Assembly (NCBI GenBank): GCA_044866005.1
Contig: JBIOTN010000157.1
Location: 1-12,373 of the forward strand
DNA from: Candidatus Rokuibacteriota bacterium
GTDB taxonomy: Bacteria; Methylomirabilota; Methylomirabilia; Rokubacteriales; DASRDR01
Length of the DNA stretch: 12,373 bases
Reading direction: 5' to 3'
Part shown: piece by piece, positions 7,808 through 12,373 of the stretch
Position numbering within the stretch: position 1 is the stretch's first letter
How the letters are laid out: each line of letters opens with the position of its first letter
The notes under the pieces: model-generated
Told to the model about the DNA's origin: nothing
Databases searched by the model: none
What the model saw: only the letters and a program-made list of their open reading frames with translations
Program-made: the position numbers and the translations under genes

Positions 7808-8061
7808 AGGCCGCGGGCGCGACCCGCGCCACGGGGGGCCTCGCGCCGTGCACGTTTTGCCGCTCGCCGCGCGCCAATGGCAGGCGTCCCCTCGCCCCCC
7901 GCCCCGCCGCCGCCCGGAGGCATTCCGGGCGGTCCTCCGAGCGCCTCGGCAAAACCAGCGAGGCCCGGTAAAGGGCTTGCCCCGCGACGCACGGCCGCAA
8001 CCGCCACAGGGTTCCGCTCCGAGCGCCGGCTTTGCCGGCGCAAAGATCCCGGGGGGGTCCC

Positions 8062-8088
8062 TCAAAGGGGGGCAGCGCCCCCCTTTGA
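8062..8088. terminator. perfect 12-bp hairpin; probable terminator or REP-like element after the HAD gene
   Basis: TCAAAGGGGGGC-AGC-GCCCCCCTTTGA, 4 nt past the HAD stop codon. The G/C core is followed by TTT on either strand. Confidence 0.55.
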
Positions 8089-8092
8089 AGCT

Positions 8093-9820
8093 CTACACCG
8101 CGTAGCGCCGGCGCACCGCCTCGCAGACCGCCTCGCGGGAGGCGTGGGGCGGGAGCTCCGCGGCCCGCTCGATGGCGGCGATCTCGCGCGCCAGCTCGGG
8201 ATCCTTGATCGCCCGGGCGACCCAGGCGGAGTACTCCCCGCGCCCGAGGTGGTGGGCCCAGGTCGTCTCGTCCACGCCTTCGGCCAGCTCGCAGAAGCGC
8301 GTGAGGTTCGCGGCGCGCAGGTTGAGCTGCTGCGCGGGCCCGCGGAAGTAGAAGCTGCGCTCGGGCGGCAGCTCGCCTTCCGCGTACTTCCGGATGTGGC
8401 GGCGATGCTCGAGCCGCCGCCGCGCGATCCGGAACCGCGTGGCCCGGACGGCCGGGCCGCGCAGGTCGGCCAGCACGGCCTCGCCGCGGGCGAGCGGCTG
8501 GCGGACCGCCTCGGCCACGCGGACGCCCGCCTCCCCGCGGAGCGTCCCCATCGCGTCCCCGAAGGCCGCGACGTCGGTGGAGGCGACCGCGTTCACGAGC
8601 CGCCGGACCTCGCGGGAGAGCTCGCCGGCGGAGAGCGTGATGAGGCACGTGGACTCGCTGCCCGGTCGGAGCCACTCGTCGGCCGACGAGCCCTCGAGCG
8701 GCGAGATGTGGTGGGCCTCGTCGATCACGAGCCAGTGCGGCATCCCGGCGCTCGCGCGGACGGCGGCCACGGTCGCCAGGGTGCGCGTGGCGTAGTCGAC
8801 CTTCTCCGCCCGCGACATCGCGCTGAGGTCCAGCACGAGGCTCGTGCCCGGGTGGGCGACGAGCTGGCCCAGCTCCGGCGCGCTCGGGAGCGCGTGCTTC
8901 GCCTTGCCCCCGAGGACGACCACGCCCGGCAGCTCCTCCAGCGTCTGGTAGTCCCCCTCCGGATCGAGGACGCAGACGACCCGGCGCGCCTCCACGAGCC
9001 GCTCCACGAGGACCCCGGTGAGCGTCGTCTTCCCCGTCCCCGAGGCGCCCACGACCAGGAGGTTGGTCCCGTGCGCGGCCAGCGTGACCGGCGTCCCGTC
9101 GGCCGCCTCGCCGAGCGGCAGCCGGTGGCGCGCCAGCCGCGGCAGGAGCGCCTCGCCGTCCCGGAGGACGTGCTCCTCGACGAACGCGACGACGCCGCGG
9201 CCGTTCGGCGCCGCCGTCACGTAGTCGGCGCGCTCGCGGAGCGCGGGGACGGCGTCGGCGACGGCGACCGCGCACTCGCAGAGGGCGAGGAAGGCGTGAT
9301 CGTTCTCCGCGTCGCCGATGCCGACGAGGTTGTGGGGCGAGAGCTCCATCGTGTCGAGCGCGGCCTGGAGCCCGGTCCCCTTGGTGACGCCGCCCGGGAG
9401 GAGCATCATCGAGCCCTTGTTGAACACGAGCGTCCGCTCGACCGCCGCGTCGCGGATCGCCGCCACCGCGGCCTCGGCGAAGCGCTCGTCGGTCGCCACG
9501 ATCGCGCTGCCGACGTCGAAGGGGACGCCGTGCCGGCCGAGCGCCGCGAGGAGCGCGGGCTCGGGCGGGGTTCCGAGGGTCCGGACTTCCCGCGATTCCG
9601 GGAGGTAGAGGACCGCGCCGTTTTCCACGACGACCGCGTCGAAGAGCCCGTCGAGCGTGGGGCAGATGGCGCGAAGGTCCGAGAGCCGCCGGCCGGTCAC
9701 GAGGACGAGCTTCCGCCCGGACTCCCGGACGCGGCGGAGGGCCGCGGCCGTCTCCTCGGCCAGGTGCCCGTACGTCGCGATGGTGCCGTCGTAATCGCAG
9801 GCCAGGACGTGAACGAGCAT
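8093..9820 (-). CDS. HAD-IIB (Cof-like) phosphatase fused to a HerA/FtsK-like P-loop ATPase and a small helical C-terminal domain
   Basis: HAD motifs LACDYDGT, LVTGRR, ENGA, GVTKGTGL and GIGDAEND. Walker A GASGTGKTT, LDPEGDY, Walker B WLVIDEAHH. ATG 9820 places motif I at the N-terminus; 575 aa. Confidence 0.9.
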   Translation of the reverse strand: MLVHVLACDYDGTIATYGHLAEETAAALRRVRESGRKLVLVTGRRLSDLRAICPTLDGLFDAVVVENGAVLYLPESREVRTLGTPPEPALLAALGRHGVPFDVGSAIVATDERFAEAAVAAIRDAAVERTLVFNKGSMMLLPGGVTKGTGLQAALDTMELSPHNLVGIGDAENDHAFLALCECAVAVADAVPALRERADYVTAAPNGRGVVAFVEEHVLRDGEALLPRLARHRLPLGEAADGTPVTLAAHGTNLLVVGASGTGKTTLTGVLVERLVEARRVVCVLDPEGDYQTLEELPGVVVLGGKAKHALPSAPELGQLVAHPGTSLVLDLSAMSRAEKVDYATRTLATVAAVRASAGMPHWLVIDEAHHISPLEGSSADEWLRPGSESTCLITLSAGELSREVRRLVNAVASTDVAAFGDAMGTLRGEAGVRVAEAVRQPLARGEAVLADLRGPAVRATRFRIARRRLEHRRHIRKYAEGELPPERSFYFRGPAQQLNLRAANLTRFCELAEGVDETTWAHHLGRGEYSAWVARAIKDPELAREIAAIERAAELPPHASREAVCEAVRRRYAV

Positions 9821-9985
9821 GGCGAGTGTGGCGCCCTCTCCCACCGTACCACGCGGTCCGGAGCGGTGCGGGCCGCGGCCGCCGCGCGATCGGGCCGGGC
9901 GCCGCTGTCGGGGTGGCGGACGCCCGGGCGTCACGGCGGCCGGCGTTCGGCGGCGGGCCGTGTCGTAAGCTCAGCGCCCGTGGCC

Positions 9986-10002
9986 CTGGCAGAGCCCTTG
10001 CA
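9986..10002 (+). promoter_or_regulatory. sigma54 (-24/-12) promoter for the small Cys-rich gene
   Basis: CTGGCAGAGCCCTTGCA. Predicted +1 is near 10013, about 95 nt upstream of ATG 10108. Confidence 0.75.
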
Positions 10003-10107
10003 CCGTAGGTGAGCGGCCCCCCCCCGGCCCGGGCGCTCGCCTCGGGCTCGGGGGTGCCGCGAGGGCGCGGCACCCGTTCGACGGTCCCGCGCCGAAAGGA
10101 CGCGACC

Positions 10108-10317
10108 ATGTCCGACACGACCACGATGGCCGGAGGCGCGGGGTTGCCCGCCTCGACGGGCGGCCCTACGGTCTGCCGCTGCGGCGCCGAGCTCGCGAGC
10201 CGCGACGCGGCTTGGGGCTGCGTCGATTGCGGCGGCGACTGCTGCGCCGAGTGCGCCTTCTGGTTCGAGTCGACGGTCTACTGCCCCGGCTGCACCGACC
10301 GCCGCCTCGCCGCCTGA
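10108..10317 (+). CDS. 69-aa Cys-rich putative zinc-finger protein (B-box/treble-clef-like)
   Basis: AAAGGA RBS before ATG 10108. Cys pattern CxC-x12-CxxC-x3-CCxxC-x9-CxxC, strong GC3 codon bias, and an upstream sigma54 site. Confidence 0.7.
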   Translation: MSDTTTMAGGAGLPASTGGPTVCRCGAELASRDAAWGCVDCGGDCCAECAFWFESTVYCPGCTDRRLAA

Positions 10318-10374
10318 CCTGCCTCCGGCCGCGGCTCAGATCCTCCGGAGGCCCTCCGCCACAGGGGCAGGTCA
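10315..10374. mobile_element. 60-bp mini-element bounded by IS3-type (IS407-like) inverted ends
   Basis: Left end TGACCTGCCTCC and right end GGGGCAGGTCA (5'-TG...CA-3'). The same end sequence recurs at 10661-10669. Confidence 0.5.
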
Positions 10375-10375
10375 G

Positions 10376-10669
10376 GCCTACGCGCACGGCGTGCACCTGG
10401 CGGTTCGTCGCGCCCGGGAAGCCGGTCCAGAACGCCCACATCGAGAGCTTCCATGGCCGGTTCCGCGCCGAGTGCCTGAACCAGTCCTGGTTCGTGACGC
10501 TGGCCGACCGACGCCCCCCGCGGATCATCGAAGCTGGCGCGCGGACTACAACACCGAGCGGCCCATAGTGCCTGGGTACCTGACGCCCCAGGAGTTCGAG
10601 CAACGCACCTGACCGCCGCCGAGCCGGCTGGACTCTTACCCTAACTGGCCGGAGACGGTGGGCAGGTCA
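10376..10669 (+). mobile_element. IS3-family remnant: frameshifted 3' part of the OrfB transposase plus right inverted repeat
   Basis: Stitched across frames: AYAHGVHL / RFVAPGKPVQNAHIESFHGRFRAECLNQSWFVTLAD / WRADYNTERP..GYLTPQEF* (integrase-core C-terminus, stop at 10612). The element ends ...GGTGGGCAGGTCA at 10669. Confidence 0.9.
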
Positions 10670-10704
10670 CCTTGGAGATGAGAGCCCAGCCATTCCGCTT
10701 TGTC

Positions 10705-11667
10705 TCACTCGAGCTGCGGCTTACGTAGACGCTCTATCCGTTGCTCCAACGGCTGATCGACGGGAGGCCCGAACGCTGCGGAAAGCACACCGTGTCTCGC
10801 GACGAACGCGCGCACCTTCGGGTGATCTCGGGACACGAACACCTCGCCCAGGACCTTGACGACGTACGCGGCACGATAATGGTCTGGGTGCATCACGAGC
10901 ACCGAGTTCTCGAAGAATCGCTTTCGCGCAGTCAGGGCTCCATCTGGCGTCCGAACATCACTCGCGTCATCAGCGACGTACTCCGACCCTGCAACGGTAA
11001 TTTCTACTTCCACCCGTCCGGTAGCGCCCGTCCAGACGAGATCCCACGGTCCCAGGACGTCGGCAGCTGTCAAGTGTTGCCAGACCATCGATTTCAGGTC
11101 TGCTGCGAAGGCCTGATCGCTCCGCTCACCTTCCCGCACGTTGTGCATGACCATGGCTGACAAACCGGACTGCTCGATCGCTGTGCGATCCCTTGACAAC
11201 ATCACACGTCCCGTGGTCTTGACCACTTCTGCAAAGAGCGCCGGGGATTTAACTCGCTCTGGGACAAGCACAACTACGTGATTCGATAGTATGAGCCCCC
11301 AATAAGTGCTATCTCGCTTGCTCCAACGGACCTCAGATAAGAATGGAACATTTGCTCTGATTGTTGCTGTCGAATTCCCACATGTCATGAGAGCATCGAA
11401 GCTTTCAAGGCGAGCCCCGGGGTATGCTTCAACCCACTGGACCCCGGGGAACCACCGGTAGACGTCCCCGCAGGTGGACGTCGCGCTGTTCGCTTGCCTG
11501 GGGTCCCCGCTTGCGAGCTGGGACGCTGACAGCGCGGCTATCACCAGCGTGCAGATCCTGGCGAGCGGGATCATCCATTGCCCGAGCGCGCATTTCGGCC
11601 GAGTTGCCCGGGAGCCGTGGGAGACGAGATCGCGCTCTAGATGTGATTTCGGAAGAGCCTCACACAT
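10705..11667 (-). CDS. hypothetical protein, candidate RHS immunity or exported protein
   Basis: 320-codon ORF in low-GC DNA (28/60 in 11281-11340), 10 nt downstream of the RHS stop with a GAGG RBS. The alternative ATG at 11574 gives a signal-peptide-like N-terminus MIPLARICTLVIAALSASQLASG. No family recognised. Confidence 0.6.
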   Translation of the reverse strand: MCEALPKSHLERDLVSHGSRATRPKCALGQWMIPLARICTLVIAALSASQLASGDPRQANSATSTCGDVYRWFPGVQWVEAYPGARLESFDALMTCGNSTATIRANVPFLSEVRWSKRDSTYWGLILSNHVVVLVPERVKSPALFAEVVKTTGRVMLSRDRTAIEQSGLSAMVMHNVREGERSDQAFAADLKSMVWQHLTAADVLGPWDLVWTGATGRVEVEITVAGSEYVADDASDVRTPDGALTARKRFFENSVLVMHPDHYRAAYVVKVLGEVFVSRDHPKVRAFVARHGVLSAAFGPPVDQPLEQRIERLRKPQLE

Positions 11668-11677
11668 ACGTACCTCT

Positions 11678-12373
11678 CTAGGTGTTGTGCCAGTAACGAC
11701 ATCGGAGATAGACCGTGTACTCAGGGCTCTCGCTGCTTCCTCCCGGGCAGCGATAGGTGCATGCCCGCCTTACGCCTTTGACAACCCATTTGGGGGGCGT
11801 ATGTCCGAATCGATCTGGTTGGTCGTCCGGGATATTGCCGATGACGATCCAACTCCTCACCAGCCTGCAGGGGGGGACGTTGGGACAATCTGGGCAGCGA
11901 GTCTCTCGCCAGGGCATCGCTTCATTTCCATCAAGGTCGAACAGAAGCACCGGATTATTGCGCGCGTAGGCATACTGGCTCATCCCTTCAAGGGCGTCTG
12001 AGCCTAAGATCCGTAGTGAGGCAGGCCACCCGAAGCACGACGCCGTGCGGGACACGCGTGGGTCTTCGCTTATGAACCGCGCCAGCCCTGGATGGTGGTA
12101 ACGGCCTCTCAAGTAGAAGAGCCCGGTTCCGTCATTCTCGCGGCCGGTGAACTGGAAGGGGTTCGTCGAGGGCGCTCCCGTGGCGGTGGTCTCGCCGAAG
12201 GGCTCGTAGGTATACTCGGTCGCCACCGTGCCGCTCTCGTCAGTGAGAGCCACGGTGGAGCCGAGGGCGTCGGTGAGGAGATTGCGCGGACCGGAGGCGT
12301 CCGTGCGCGCGAAGTATTCGTCAATGCCAAGCCCGGTCAGGATGTTCGCGAGGACGCTTCCGCCGGAAAGTTC
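11678..12373 (-). CDS. RHS repeat-associated core protein, 3' end (5'-partial, continues beyond the window), with variable C-terminal tip
   Basis: The frame is open from 12373: ELSGGSVLANILTGLGIDEYFARTD...LTDALGSTVALTD..G....YTYEPFGE....NPFQFTGRENDGTGLFYLRGRYHHPGLARFISEDP...YAYARNNPVLLFDLDG, followed by an 82-aa tip. Confidence 0.92.
   Translation of the reverse strand, partial: ELSGGSVLANILTGLGIDEYFARTDASGPRNLLTDALGSTVALTDESGTVATEYTYEPFGETTATGAPSTNPFQFTGRENDGTGLFYLRGRYHHPGLARFISEDPRVSRTASCFGWPASLRILGSDALEGMSQYAYARNNPVLLFDLDGNEAMPWRETRCPDCPNVPPCRLVRSWIVIGNIPDDQPDRFGHTPPKWVVKGVRRACTYRCPGGSSESPEYTVYLRCRYWHNT

Noticed and set aside
7965..7981. Fifth sigma54-like site CCGGTAAAGGGCTTGCC on the + strand
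   Set aside because: It deviates from consensus (GGTA, TTGCC) and points to no gene. It cannot be excluded as a small-RNA promoter but is unsupported.
5973..10124. Very long alternative ORFs (5973-8105 +, 7877-10012 +, 7761-10124 -) and similar overlapping ORFs throughout the window
   Set aside because: These are Arg/Gly/Pro-rich shadow frames of real genes, expected from extreme GC3 bias.
11667..11770. Single-base frameshift that would fuse the RHS tip (…VYL/DVVTGTTPREVRMCEALP…) to the downstream ORF
   Set aside because: The downstream frame is open back to about 11769, but stop + RBS + ATG is the normal toxin-immunity layout. Homologs would be needed to support a fusion.
1..12373. CRISPR array, tRNA, rRNA or integron attC sites
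   Set aside because: I saw no regularly spaced repeats, cloverleaf signatures or rRNA-like sequence.

Overview
This is a very GC-rich (about 70%) bacterial window. Its style resembles Candidatus Rokubacteria/Methylomirabilota, but that taxon call is inference only. Left to right it holds: a BMP-family ABC substrate-binding protein with a near-consensus sigma70 promoter; a low-GC remnant of a DUF3800 gene that the ORF track misses; an O-methyltransferase, a DinB-family protein, a BtpA/SgcQ protein and a general-stress-type protein (all minus strand); a divergent bacterial topoisomerase IB; an AI-2E-family transporter with a degenerate cobalamin-binding-like C-terminal module; a HAD-IIB/P-loop ATPase fusion; a 69-aa Cys-rich zinc-finger-like protein; IS3-family debris; and the 3' end of an RHS gene with an unrecognised Cys-rich tip followed by a candidate immunity gene. 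The most notable unannotated signal is four intergenic, correctly oriented copies of YGGCA-N5-CTTGCW (the sigma54 -24/-12 consensus). They lie in front of the stress protein, TopIB, the AI-2E fusion and the small zinc-finger gene, which suggests an RpoN-controlled stress regulon that includes TopIB.
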